A stretch of DNA of 64,000 bases. Origin: Kofleriaceae bacterium (GTDB taxonomy: Bacteria > Myxococcota_A > Polyangia > Haliangiales > Haliangiaceae). The DNA lies in contig JASNYD010000004.1 of assembly GCA_048500355.1 (NCBI GenBank), positions 192,001 to 256,000 of the forward strand. Direction: 5' to 3'. Position 1 is the first letter of the stretch. Each line of letters begins with the position of its first letter. Below are positions 31,612-41,405 of the stretch, piece by piece. The notes under the pieces are model-generated. The model worked only from the letters and a program-made list of their open reading frames with translations, searched no databases and had not been told where the DNA came from. Both the position numbers and the translations under genes were made by a program.

Positions 31612-33114
31612 TCACAGCGCCTCTCCTGTGTCGACGCGCACGATGGTCACGGTCCCGAGCACCGGGAACTCGCGCCCGGCGAGCTGGACGTCTCGACCGC
31701 GACCCTGCAGGAGAACGCCATGTGGTGGCTCCGCCAGCTTCCGGATCCCGGGCGTGTCGATGACGACGTTCGCGACCTGTGACCACGCGAGCTCACCGAC
31801 AGGGTTCGCGTCGTGGTCTCGCAGGTAAAAGCCGAAGTCGATCTGTGGATTGAGCGAGCCGTCGGGGAGCGAGATTGCGAAGAACGACGCCAGGCGCTCC
31901 CGCAGCGATGCCGCGACCGCACTCGCGGTGGCACCTGCGGCGAGATAGACCTGCGCGGTCACGTCGACCACCGCGTACACCGGCGCTTGCACCCTGACCT
32001 GGAACGTCAACGTCGACGGGTGGACGACCGTGACCTGGCGCAGCACCTCGTCACGGAGGGTCTGGCTCGGCGCGCCCCCGCCATGCGGGATGACGTAGAG
32101 AATGCCGGCGTTCTCCTCGATCGTCGGATCCTCGTTGCGGGTCAGCATGAGCGCGCGCGCCACACCGGCAACCTGGCGGGCGTGGATCTCGAAGTCCTCG
32201 CGCGCCACGGTCCGGCCGGGCGCGCGGACTGCCTCGGGGATGCGCCGTCGCGCGTGGACGATCGTCTCTCGATCGATCCCGCCGGCTGCTGGCTGGCGGT
32301 TGACCACGCGTAGCGAGACCGGGCGACCGGTCGCATCAAGCACCGTTGACTCGACGACGCGTAGCGTTCCTGCCGCAACGTTTCCGCTCGTGCCTCCGCC
32401 GCTCTTGTAGGTGAGGCTCAGGCGACCCGCCGGCGGCACGCCCCGGCTACCGTCACCGAACCGGAGTCTTGCTCGGCCGTCATCGCCGACGTCCACGACG
32501 ACGTGTCGATCGGTCGCGCCGGTCGCCAGGAACGAGTCGACCGGCGCGAACACGCCCTGTGGCGTCGACGCGACGAGCGAGCCCTCCAGAAACGGTGCAT
32601 GCACGAGCCCGACGATCAGCGAGGGCGTACCCGCCGTCTCGATCGACACCGAGTGTGTCTCGCTGTGCTCGGCCTGGCCGACGACGAGCGGCGGGTCCTG
32701 CCCGGCGCCCAGCATCACCGGCGCGAGGAGCTGGAAGCGTGTTGGACGAGGAGATTCCTCGGACCGGACGATCGTTCCGGCGGGAACGATCACGTCGGCG
32801 GTCGGTGAACGCGCCAGGCTCAGCTCGAGCTCGACCGTCGCCGCGGCCGAGCCGAAGAGGCGCTCGCCGACCAGCGCCGCCAGCGCCGAGAGGGCGCGTC
32901 GCTGCGTCGCGGTGACGATGCGCGTCTCGCGGGCGAGCTGGTCCTGCCGGAACAGCACGACATCGCCCACGTACGCCATGAGCTCGAGGAGTGTCGTGCC
33001 CAGCGTCGCAACGTCCGGATCCCAGCCCGGAACCTCCGTGCGCGCGAGCTCGAGCAGGCGTGCCCGCAGCCGATCGAAGTCCAGGTCGGTGTAGTGAGCG
33101 GGCCGCGGGATCAT
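31612..33114 (-). CDS. Baseplate J-like protein (gpJ).
   Basis: About 500 aa. Lies between the gpW-like and gpI-like genes. The start overlaps the gpW stop (ATGA). Confidence 0.65.
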   Translation of the reverse strand: MIPRPAHYTDLDFDRLRARLLELARTEVPGWDPDVATLGTTLLELMAYVGDVVLFRQDQLARETRIVTATQRRALSALAALVGERLFGSAAATVELELSLARSPTADVIVPAGTIVRSEESPRPTRFQLLAPVMLGAGQDPPLVVGQAEHSETHSVSIETAGTPSLIVGLVHAPFLEGSLVASTPQGVFAPVDSFLATGATDRHVVVDVGDDGRARLRFGDGSRGVPPAGRLSLTYKSGGGTSGNVAAGTLRVVESTVLDATGRPVSLRVVNRQPAAGGIDRETIVHARRRIPEAVRAPGRTVAREDFEIHARQVAGVARALMLTRNEDPTIEENAGILYVIPHGGGAPSQTLRDEVLRQVTVVHPSTLTFQVRVQAPVYAVVDVTAQVYLAAGATASAVAASLRERLASFFAISLPDGSLNPQIDFGFYLRDHDANPVGELAWSQVANVVIDTPGIRKLAEPPHGVLLQGRGRDVQLAGREFPVLGTVTIVRVDTGEAL

Positions 33115-33443
33115 CGCGCCACTTCCACCGCCTGGCCACCGGCGAGCGTGATGCGGAGGCCGATCGCGGTCTCGCCGGCTTCGAACGCAGCGACGTCGAC
33201 CGTCTTGTCGGGGAGCCACGTCGCGAGCGCGTCCTCGCAGCGCACGCGGACGAGCTCGGCCTCGACGGCGTCGAGCGGTCGATGGCGGCACGCCTCGAGT
33301 GGGGTGCCGAATGCCGTCCGCCACAGCAGCTCGCCGGGCTCCGTCAGGAGCACATGCTCGACCTTGGCGCGCTCGAGAGCCGCACCCGTCGCGACGACAA
33401 CGTCGCGATCGATCCGGAACGGAAGCGAGAGCGAGGTCTTCAT
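33111..33443 (-). CDS. Baseplate wedge protein (GPW/gp25 lysozyme-like family).
   Basis: MKTSLSLPFRIDRDVVVATGAALERAKVEHVLLTEPGELLWRTAFGTPL matches the GPW_gp25 pattern. GAGGA RBS. Confidence 0.7.
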   Translation of the reverse strand: MKTSLSLPFRIDRDVVVATGAALERAKVEHVLLTEPGELLWRTAFGTPLEACRHRPLDAVEAELVRVRCEDALATWLPDKTVDVAAFEAGETAIGLRITLAGGQAVEVAR

Positions 33444-34108
33444 GATGGCAGCGGGATCCTCGCGCGTACGTCGGCGAGCGCGTGCTCGAGCGCCAGGAGG
33501 TCTTGCACCAGTGCGGCGCGGTCCCCCGGACTCGTTACCAGCCACGGTGGTAGCGGCGGCCCACCGGCGACCCCGAGGACCAGGCCAAGGATCGACAGGA
33601 CCGTGCCCAGCGCCTCGAGTGGCGCCAGCACGTGCTCGGTCGCGGTGACCAGGTCCTCCTCGGCGCAGCCGACCAGCTCGGCGAGCCGCAGGTCGTCGAG
33701 CGCGTGCGCGCGCGCCTTGGCGCGCTCGATGCGCCGTGCCTGCCCGTCGAGGGCCTCGACGCGACCGCGCGTACGCCGGAGCTCCTCGATCACCGCGTCG
33801 ATCAGCGACACCGCGGTCACCGGCACCGACGCCGGTGGCGCAAGCGGTGTGAGCGCAGCAGCGGCGTCGAGGAGCGCGGGCAGGCGCGCGGCGATCTGCG
33901 TCGGATCCGGCGGCACCGAGAGCGCGTCGGGAATCGCGCGAAGAACATCGACGGCCTTCACGACCGCATCGAGCAGCCGGAAGAACGGCATGAGCGGCGC
34001 CAGCGCCGGCTGCGCCATGGCCCCCAGATCGAACGCGACGAGCTCGCCCGCGCCGGGCAGGACCAGGCGGAACGGCAGTGGCGGTGGCGGAAGGTGTTCG
34101 CAGGCCAT
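33440..34108 (-). CDS. Hypothetical baseplate-region protein.
   Basis: 222 aa Pro/Ala/Leu-rich. Lies between gpV and gpW. No family assignment. Confidence 0.35.
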   Translation of the reverse strand: MACEHLPPPPLPFRLVLPGAGELVAFDLGAMAQPALAPLMPFFRLLDAVVKAVDVLRAIPDALSVPPDPTQIAARLPALLDAAAALTPLAPPASVPVTAVSLIDAVIEELRRTRGRVEALDGQARRIERAKARAHALDDLRLAELVGCAEEDLVTATEHVLAPLEALGTVLSILGLVLGVAGGPPLPPWLVTSPGDRAALVQDLLALEHALADVRARIPLPS

Positions 34109-34111
34109 GGC

Positions 34112-34678
34112 TCAGATCGGATCGATGCCGGGCCTTACACTGCGCCCGTTGAGGGTCAGCGCGAGCGACTCGATCGACAGCGGTCCCGTCGATTCGATAT
34201 GCAGCCCGCTCGTTGCGCGCAGGGTCACGCGGTGGGTCTCGGCGTCGATCTCGAGCCCATCCCCGGTCGCACGATCGATCACCGCGAGCTGGCGGCGACC
34301 GACGCGCTCGTCGATCACGATCCGGAACGAGTCGGTCGCGATCACGCGCACGTCCGGCGAGCCGCCCGCCTCCGCCGGGACCTCGCTCTCGCCGCCGGGC
34401 GCGCCCCAGTGGGCCGCGAGGTAGTAGGGATGGTCGACGTCCCCGAGCGCGAAGAGGACACCGACCTCGGCGCCGACCTCGGGAACGGCGAAGAAGCCGC
34501 GGTCCTTGCTCCCGCCACCGACGGTGCCCAGCGGCCAGGCCCAGCCGCTGCCCGGCTCGAGCAGGCCCGGCACCATGACGCGGACCCGGCCCAGGCCGTC
34601 CGGATCCTCGCGGTCCACGACAACCCCGATGTACATCCCGAAGCGCAGACTCTCGTCCAATCCCTCGTCTCCTCTCAT
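34112..34678 (-). CDS. Baseplate spike/hub protein (gpV / gp5-like).
   Basis: FGMYIGVVVDREDPDGLGRVRVMVPGL pattern (Phage_base_V). Confidence 0.65.
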   Translation of the reverse strand: MRGDEGLDESLRFGMYIGVVVDREDPDGLGRVRVMVPGLLEPGSGWAWPLGTVGGGSKDRGFFAVPEVGAEVGVLFALGDVDHPYYLAAHWGAPGGESEVPAEAGGSPDVRVIATDSFRIVIDERVGRRQLAVIDRATGDGLEIDAETHRVTLRATSGLHIESTGPLSIESLALTLNGRSVRPGIDPI

Positions 34679-35894
34679 TGCGTTCCCGCTCGTGTGCGGC
34701 CGGTCTCCGGATCGATCAGGTCCACGGGCGTTGGTGGACGCGCCGCGGGCGGTGTCTGCGCTGTCGCGCTGGTGGCCGGCGGCGGTGCGCCCACCGGCTG
34801 CACCGACGCGCCCTCCCCACCGACGAGGCGGCGAGCGGTCAGCTCGACCGTGTACCCCTCTGCGCTGATCTGGTGCTTCACGGCCCGCACCACGTAGCGC
34901 CCGGAGAGCCGCCGGCTCGCGCCTCGAAGCTCGACCACCTGTTTCGTCCGCAAGGTGGCGTCGCCCACCACCTGCAGCGTCACCTTCACGGCGTCCGCGT
35001 CGAGGCGCCGCAAGCGCGCCTCGGCCTTGCGCTGGGCGCCGGCCGGCGACGTCACCGTCGTCGGTTGCGTCAGCGCGGTGGTCCCCGGTGGTGCCGCGCG
35101 CTCTTCGACGCGGGTGCGACCTGTCTCGCCGCTGATCCGGTCGAAAAAGCCGTCGAGCCCGCGCTGCTCGTCAGGCGTGCGCGTGGCCGTCGCGGTGATG
35201 GTCTTCTTCTCCTTTGGATCTCGCCCGCGAAGCACGACCTTGCTCACCACCAGCGCGAGGTTCGACTCGACGTTCAGCGCCTTGACGTCGCCATCGCTGC
35301 GGCCGGGCCGCCAGTGGAACACACGCGCCGGTTCGAGGAGCGACGTGGCGGGGCCGATCACGAGCCGCTCGTCGTCGAGCGAGAAGAGGAAGTCCTCGAG
35401 GCGGGCCAGCCGGCGCAGGAAGCGCGCGTCCGTCTCGGCGACCTGATGGATCGTCTCGAAGCGCTCGTCGGTGTCGGCGATCTGGGCGAACGGCCCCTGG
35501 AAGCCGTGCTCCGCGGCGACCCTTGACATCACCTGCGACCGTGTCTGTCCGTGGAACGTCCGCGAGCGCACCACGTGATCCATGGAGATGTGCCGCGCGT
35601 GCCCCTCGACGGTCAGGACCTCCACGCCACGCACCGAGCGGACAGCCATCGCGCGCGCTCGCATCATGGCGCCGCCAATCCCCCACGAGACTTGCCACAC
35701 GGCACCGCCGAGGACGTCGTGACGATCGAGCAGCACTAGGTCCGGGTTCGCGAGCTGGACCGTCACCTTGTCCACGGCGTCGTCGCGGTCCTCGTACGTG
35801 AAGCGGAGGACTCGGTTCGAGAGGTCGATCGGCGACCGCAGCCCCAGGGCCGGCACGGCCGTCGTCACGATGCGAACGCTCGGCGCCGGGATCA
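34675..35894 (-). CDS. Phage late control protein D (gpD-like tail protein).
   Basis: GGAGG RBS before GTG (VIPAPSVRIVTT...). Size and context (follows LysM gpX) match the gpD family. The Arg-rich N-terminus of track ORF 34675..36027 is judged spurious. Confidence 0.55.
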
Positions 35895-36215
35895 CGCGGC
35901 CTCCTGGAGGAACGACTCGAGCGCGTCGAGGCTCGGCACGACCAGCACGCGTCCGACCGCGAGCGGCTCCGTCGGATCGACGATGGGCTCCGGCTGGTAC
36001 TCGGCGATCGCCCACCAGTAGCCGCACGCACGCGGTAGCGGTGCGAAGTACAGGCCCGCCAGCGCGGCGAGCGTGTCCCCGGGAAGCACGGTGTGCATCC
36101 GGTTGTCGGGCCGATCGCGCGGCACCATCGGCTCGCGCTCTCCTAGAACGACACGGCCGGACTCATCCGTGTACGGCGCTGCATCGCTCCATCGCGAGAT
36201 AGGAGCCTGGCTCAT
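35892..36215 (-). CDS. Phage tail protein X (LysM-like).
   Basis: LysM motif HTVLPGDTLAALAGLYF. GAGGAG RBS before ATG (MSQAPISRW). Confidence 0.65.
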   Translation of the reverse strand: MSQAPISRWSDAAPYTDESGRVVLGEREPMVPRDRPDNRMHTVLPGDTLAALAGLYFAPLPRACGYWWAIAEYQPEPIVDPTEPLAVGRVLVVPSLDALESFLQEAA

Positions 36216-36683
36216 CGGCCTGCTCCTCGTGTCGACATGCCCTCGAGCGCCAGCGTGGCGACGAGGAGCAGTGGTTGGCCGTCCATCGCGATCTCGCGGT
36301 GCTCGTAGCTCGCCGACGTGACCACGGCCTCGAACGTGACGAGGCTCGGCCAGACCAGCAGGACCGACGGCGGCGCATGCCGCGGCGCCACGGGTGCGGT
36401 GAGCTTCTGAAGGAAGCGCACCGTCGCGACCAGATCTCGCGTTCCGCCCTCGCTCTCGGCCAGACGTCGGTCGAACCAGAGCTCGAGCGCCGATACCTGT
36501 CCGTTCTGCGTGAGCCCGTACTGGAGCGGCACGGACGCACGACCTGGGACCTCGTGCCGCGGCCATGACACCGAGATCGACCACGCGAAGGTCGGCGGGT
36601 GGGCGTTCGCCGTGAGTCGCTCGCCCGTGACCGCGTTGACGAGCGTCATGCGAGGGCCGCGCTGGCCGAGGAACGCGAGGCTC
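36212..36683 (-). CDS. Phage tail protein (gpU-like, by position downstream of TMP).
   Basis: 157 aa beginning MSLAFLGQRGPRMTLV. Lies between the TMP and gpX. The start overlaps the TMP stop. Confidence 0.4.
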
Positions 36684-39384
36684 ATCCCACCGCCCCCGGC
36701 GCGAACCCGCGCGCGGCCTCGTCCTGGCGGACGCGCTCGACGACTCGTGCGAGCGTCTCGCCGTCGACATCGAGGCGGACATTCAGATCGAAGTCCCCCC
36801 CTGACCTCACGCGTGACGCCACCGCCGCGACGCGCGTCGCACCCTCCGAGGCCACGAGTTCGACGCCGCTGCGGGTCGGAACGGCGCCAGGCACGCCCGC
36901 CGGCGCCAGGACGCGCAAACCGCCTCCCGCATCCGCCTGGCTCAGCAGGTCTCCCACACCGCCAGTGAGCCCGCGCCACGCCCGGCCCGGCGCACCCTTC
37001 ACGGAGCGCCAGGCATTGTCGAGCGTGCCGCCGATCGAGCTGATCGCCCGCTCGATGGTGTTGACGATGTCGATGACGGCGTCGCGGATCTGGAGGAGGA
37101 AGCGGTAGACACCCTCGAAGACACTGGCGATCCCGTTGAGGAGGCCGCGGAAGGCGTTGGGCACGTCCTGCGTCAGGAAGCGCACGACCATCCCCACCCC
37201 GTCGATGATTCGACGCAGGTCGCGCGCGATGGCGGACGTCACCTCGTCGAAGACCCTGAGGATGGCTGTAAGCACCTTTGCGAGTCCCGCGGCGGCGAGC
37301 ACGACGGCCGTGAGCGCGCCACCGACGATCTTGCCAAGCACGAGCCCGAGCGTGCGGAACGCGCTGGTCGACGACTTCGTGTTCGCACGCAGACCGTCTG
37401 ACGCGCCGAAGAGGCCGAGGAACGTGTCGACCAGATCACCGAGCGCATCGCGCAGCGTCATGATCGCCGGGCCGACGTACGTCCACATCGCGGCGAAGCC
37501 GTCGAGGATGCCGCCGGTCATCCGCAGCGCGATCGTCGCCAGCTTGGTCACGATCGCGACCACCCCCGCCAGCGCCTGCCCCATCGCCTGCCCGAACGCG
37601 CGGAACTCGTCGGAGGGAAGGTTGGTCGAGCCGCCGACGATCGCGCGCACGAGGTGTGTGAACGCGCCCGCGAGCTCGCGGACAGCGCCGGCGAAACCGT
37701 CGAAGATCGGCCGCGCGGTCTCGAGCCCCGACCGGAACCCCTGCGCAACGCCACCCACGAGCGCTCGCACGCGGTGGACGAGCATGTAGATCGTCACGAG
37801 GAACTGCCGGATCCCGAGGTTCTCGGCCCTCCGCAGATCCTCCCGGAGCGGGCCCGAGAAACCACCGTCAGTGAAGAGCTGCCCGAGCCCACGTAGCGTC
37901 ATCGAGATCACCGCGCCGGCCCGCACGACGAAATCCCGGAAGCCGCCGAGGTTCTTCTCGTAGGCGCTCTTCAACCCCGCCAGCGCTAGCGCGAGCGCAC
38001 CGACGGCAAGGAGCACAGGTCCGAGCAAACCGCTGAGCCCGCCGAGCTGCACACCGAGCGCGCCGAGACCGATCCGTAGGAGACCGGACGCACTCCGCAC
38101 CGCCGCGAGCGTGCCGGCGAGCGCCCCGAGCCCGGCGACGGCAGCGACCACCACGGCGATTCCCTTCCGGACCGACGGCGGTAGATCGAGAAAGGCATGC
38201 GTGAGCGCGCGCGCCGCGGCGGCGAGCCGCGTGACGACCGGGGTGACGATCTCCAGGACCGGCTTCCCGACTGCCAGCGCCAGCGTCTTGAGCGAGCCGA
38301 CGAAGAGTGTCCACTGCCCGCGGAAGCCCCCGAGCAGCGTGTCGCGGAATCGGGCTGCCGTCCCGTCGGCCTCCTGAAACTGATCGCGCAGATACGCGAC
38401 AGCGTCGGCGCCTCGCACGACCTCACCGGACGCCGTGCGGATGCCCGAACGGAGCTGCTGAGAGACCGCGAGCACACCGCCGAGCGCCTCGGTGCCGAAG
38501 GCGCCGCGGAGGAACGCGGCTCGTCGCTGTTCGGTCATGCGCCCCAGCGCCGGCTCGAGGTCGACCAGGACATCGAGAAAGTCGCGGAAGCGGCCCTCGC
38601 TGTCGGTGACCGCGACGCCGACACCACGGAGCGCGCGCTGCGCCTTCGGCGTCGCCATCTCTCCCATCGCGACCGCGACCGCGGTCGAGGCCCGCTCCAC
38701 GCCCGGGATCACGTTCTTCACAAGCCCGAGCGTGATGAGCGTCTCCTCGAGCGACTGGTTTGCGCTCTGCGCGCCGCGGCTCGCCGTGCCGAGTGCGAGC
38801 GGGAGCTCGCGCGGAGCAAGCGCGAACAAGTTCACCGACTGCAAGAGCGTGTCGACCGCCCGGCTGGCGTCCTTCGCCTCGAGCCCGAACGCCTTGAGCG
38901 TCTGTGCCGCCAGCCCCGCCGCGTCCTGCGGCGTGAGCTCGCCCAAGGAGCTCGCCGCCAGGTCGAGGACCGGCACGAGCATCTCGAGCGCCTCGTTCGC
39001 CAGGTAGCCCGCCTGGCTGAGGTCGCGGATCCCGACCGCCGCCTCGGTCGCGGAGAACTGTGTCGATGCGCCCACGCGCAGCGCGGCGTCCTCGATCTGC
39101 CGCATCTCCTCGGCGGTCGCGCCCGAGACCGCCAGGATCTGCCGGAGCGCATCATCGAACGAGGCAGCATCACGCAGCGACGCGGCACCGCCGAGCGCGC
39201 CACCCACGCCGGCGGCAAGCCTTCCCAGCGAGTCGCCGACGCCGGTAAGTGCCTGGTCCATTCTCGCCGACGACCTGTCGACGCCGGTGCTGAGCCCGCG
39301 CAGCTTGGAGCCGACGCGCTCGAACACTCCCGACGCGAGGTCGCGCGCCGACAGCAGGAAGCCGAGCCCGAGGTTCAGTGCCAC
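36682..39384 (-). CDS. Phage tail tape measure protein.
   Basis: 900 aa Ala/Gly/Leu-rich helical protein with internal TM-like Gly-rich segments. GTG start with a GGAGG RBS. Lies immediately downstream of the chaperone frameshift ORF. Confidence 0.85.
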   Translation of the reverse strand: MALNLGLGFLLSARDLASGVFERVGSKLRGLSTGVDRSSARMDQALTGVGDSLGRLAAGVGGALGGAASLRDAASFDDALRQILAVSGATAEEMRQIEDAALRVGASTQFSATEAAVGIRDLSQAGYLANEALEMLVPVLDLAASSLGELTPQDAAGLAAQTLKAFGLEAKDASRAVDTLLQSVNLFALAPRELPLALGTASRGAQSANQSLEETLITLGLVKNVIPGVERASTAVAVAMGEMATPKAQRALRGVGVAVTDSEGRFRDFLDVLVDLEPALGRMTEQRRAAFLRGAFGTEALGGVLAVSQQLRSGIRTASGEVVRGADAVAYLRDQFQEADGTAARFRDTLLGGFRGQWTLFVGSLKTLALAVGKPVLEIVTPVVTRLAAAARALTHAFLDLPPSVRKGIAVVVAAVAGLGALAGTLAAVRSASGLLRIGLGALGVQLGGLSGLLGPVLLAVGALALALAGLKSAYEKNLGGFRDFVVRAGAVISMTLRGLGQLFTDGGFSGPLREDLRRAENLGIRQFLVTIYMLVHRVRALVGGVAQGFRSGLETARPIFDGFAGAVRELAGAFTHLVRAIVGGSTNLPSDEFRAFGQAMGQALAGVVAIVTKLATIALRMTGGILDGFAAMWTYVGPAIMTLRDALGDLVDTFLGLFGASDGLRANTKSSTSAFRTLGLVLGKIVGGALTAVVLAAAGLAKVLTAILRVFDEVTSAIARDLRRIIDGVGMVVRFLTQDVPNAFRGLLNGIASVFEGVYRFLLQIRDAVIDIVNTIERAISSIGGTLDNAWRSVKGAPGRAWRGLTGGVGDLLSQADAGGGLRVLAPAGVPGAVPTRSGVELVASEGATRVAAVASRVRSGGDFDLNVRLDVDGETLARVVERVRQDEAARGFAPGAVG

Positions 39385-39402
39385 GGTGTGCCTCCGAGGG
39401 GC

Positions 39403-40277
39403 TCACCCGACCGGCGTGCGGCGGAGGGCCTGGGCCTCGCGCTGGCGCTGCGTCGCCACGCGCTCGAGCAGCCAGTCGCGAAACGCGATCGACAGCTCGA
39501 GCACGCTCGGCAGATCGAGACCGAGCCCCGACCCTCCGTGCGTGCGCCACGCCAGTCCAAACACCGCTTCACGCCACGCCTCCTCGTCTACCGCCGGGAA
39601 GATCCCGCCGACCGCCTGCCCGTCGGCAGGAGGAACGTTCCCTGGAAAGGGAGGTCCACCGCCTGCACCGCCTGGCAGGACGGGCACTGGATGTCGATCG
39701 ACGTCTCGATGCCGCCGTCGACACGCTCGACCTCCGCGAGGAGCGCCTTCACGTCGCCCAGCGCCAGGTCCTCGAGGAACGCACGCCGGTCCTTCTCGGC
39801 GACGCCCTCGACCTCGACCACACGATGCGCGAGCGACGCCGAGAGCACCTTGTCCCGGTTGGCCTGGCGGAGCTGCGGGAGCGTCCGCTCGTCGTTCCCG
39901 ACGAGCAACCGGAACCACACAGCGCGGCCGGCGTCGGGCAGGTGCGTACGGAAGCGGTTGCCGCGGAGGAAGGTGCTGCGGCTCTCCACCGACAGCTCGC
40001 GCACCGGCAGCTGATCGAGCTCGAGCTCCCACTCGATCCGCTCGCCGCAGCGCTCGCACGGCAGATCGAACGCGTACGTCGGGCCATACGTCGCGAGGCG
40101 GATGTGGACCAGCGCGACGAAGCGATCGGCGATCAGCACCTTGCCCCAGTCCGGCTTCCCTTCGAAGCCGTACGGGCCCGGGTCGAGCGTCTCCTCCCAG
40201 CACGCGGCAAGGAGCGCGTCGATCTGTCCGCCGCTCTTGGCGAGCTGCCGGTCGGTGAGGATCTGCTCCTCCTTCAC
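39403..40277 (-). CDS. Tail assembly chaperone -1 frameshift fusion product (GT-like).
   Basis: The overlapping ORF in the -1 frame (track 39403..40500) is open over the chaperone 3' end and stops 19 nt before the TMP start. A slippery heptamer C_CCT_TTC lies at 39645-39651. The -1 extension encodes a non-Arg-rich 80-aa tail (GQAVGGIFPAVDEEAWREAVFGLAW...). Confidence 0.45.
39588..40277 (-). CDS. Tail assembly chaperone (G-like), with two CxxC pairs.
   Basis: GTG start. 229 aa containing CERCGER...CPSCQAV. The position upstream of the TMP is canonical for a chaperone. Confidence 0.5.
   Translation of the reverse strand: MKEEQILTDRQLAKSGGQIDALLAACWEETLDPGPYGFEGKPDWGKVLIADRFVALVHIRLATYGPTYAFDLPCERCGERIEWELELDQLPVRELSVESRSTFLRGNRFRTHLPDAGRAVWFRLLVGNDERTLPQLRQANRDKVLSASLAHRVVEVEGVAEKDRRAFLEDLALGDVKALLAEVERVDGGIETSIDIQCPSCQAVQAVDLPFQGTFLLPTGRRSAGSSRR
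39645..39651 (-). other. Candidate -1 programmed ribosomal frameshift site (CCCTTTC) with downstream hairpins.
   Basis: The heptamer X_XXY_YYZ (C_CCU_UUC) is in the zero frame of the chaperone. GGAACGTTCC and CCTGCCgacgGGCAGG inverted repeats lie 3-15 nt downstream. Confidence 0.45.
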
Positions 40278-40330
40278 CCGGAGCCCGCGGACGCGACCCG
40301 CCAGCCCTGACGGACACGTGACGAGCGCGC

Positions 40331-41137
40331 TCACGCGTGGCCTCCGCTCGTGAGCACAGCCGGATCCAGGCCAGCCCGCTCGTAGACGTCGACGAGGAGC
40401 GTGCGCCACAAGGGGCCCGCATCCTCCTTCCGCCTGTCGAAGTCGCCGTGCAGGAAGCCGCAGCGGGTGGGCGAGAGCGCGTACCGCTCGGCGAGCGCAT
40501 GCAGCACGAACCCTGCCGCCAGGACCTGCGCCTCGGGGAAGCCGTCGAACGCGCCCTTGCCCCGGGCGAGCTGCATGCGCTCGGGCTCGACGGCGAGCTT
40601 CTTGTCGGCGACGCGGTTGAGCTCGTCCTCCACGTACCCGCCCTGCGAGTTCTGCTTCCAGTACGGATGGCAGAGCCAGTAGCCGTCGAGGTACTTGAGG
40701 CGGCCAGCGTTCTCGAGCTCGATGCCGACGAGGCTCCGGTTCACGCGGTGCGCGTGCCCCCGATCGTCCCGAACGGTCCCGACAGCGCAGTGCCAGCTCC
40801 CGATCTCGAACGGAACGGACTGGTAGACCCATCCCTGCTTCGAGATGACGACGTGCCACGACGCCGCTCGGTCCTTCTTTGGATCGTACGTGCTGATCTT
40901 CTGCGCCAGCCGCGCCGCGTAGCCCCGCCGACACACGCCGCCGGTCCAGTGCCAGCACACGCCGATCGGCGCGGGCTCACCGCTTGGCGCCTGGCTGGTC
41001 AGGCGCGATCGGCGCGGGCTGGGCAGGCGCACCACATTGGGCCCCTCGAGCCAGCCGTCCTCGCTCACCGTCATCGTCTCCGCCAGCGCGGGCGGTGCGT
41101 GCACCGCCGCGACCTTCTCCTTCACTCGCTCGAACAT
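40331..41137 (-). CDS. Endolysin: N-acetylmuramoyl-L-alanine amidase (Amidase_2 / PGRP family).
   Basis: VCWHWTGGV, AASWHVVISKQGWVYQSVP, SWHCAVG and GIELENAG motifs. GGAGGTG RBS. An alternative upstream start is at 41200. Confidence 0.8.
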   Translation of the reverse strand: MFERVKEKVAAVHAPPALAETMTVSEDGWLEGPNVVRLPSPRRSRLTSQAPSGEPAPIGVCWHWTGGVCRRGYAARLAQKISTYDPKKDRAASWHVVISKQGWVYQSVPFEIGSWHCAVGTVRDDRGHAHRVNRSLVGIELENAGRLKYLDGYWLCHPYWKQNSQGGYVEDELNRVADKKLAVEPERMQLARGKGAFDGFPEAQVLAAGFVLHALAERYALSPTRCGFLHGDFDRRKEDAGPLWRTLLVDVYERAGLDPAVLTSGGHA

Positions 41138-41322
41138 CACCACCTCCACCGCAGCCCGCCGAGGGCTGTCACGAATGTCTCTGTCTCTCCATCGCTCCAT
41201 GCGACTCCGGCCCGCGCCGTCGCAAAGCCCGACAGGCGCTCACTGATCCGTCGCTGCGCGTCGAGCGCCGCCGCCAGGTATCCATCGCCATCGCCGCCGC
41301 GGGCCGAGAGGCCGAGATCGAG
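41137..41322 (-). CDS. Small ORF between the membrane protein and the endolysin (possible lysis accessory or spanin-like protein).
   Basis: 62-aa ORF from a GTG. Its TGA overlaps the endolysin ATG (ATGA). Very weak call. Confidence 0.2.
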   Translation of the reverse strand, partial: LDLGLSARGGDGDGYLAAALDAQRRISERLSGFATARAGVAWSDGETETFVTALGGLRWRW

Positions 41323-41405
41323 CACGCCTCGCCCCGGCTCCAGCGCCTCCGCTCGGTCGAGCCCCTCCTTGATAGAGGAGGTGAGCTCGACCGGGTCCGC
41401 AGCGG

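Noticed and set aside
39403-40500. A 365-aa minus-strand ORF upstream of the TMP, considered as an independent gene.
   Set aside because: Its 5' two-thirds are Arg-rich alternate-frame sequence. Only the 3' ~80 codons look protein-like, and they are better explained as the -1 frameshift extension of the chaperone (see findings).
39588-40958. A 456-aa extent of the chaperone ORF.
   Set aside because: The upstream 225 codons are an Arg/Ala-rich extension overlapping the endolysin gene. A GTG at 40277 begins the plausible protein.
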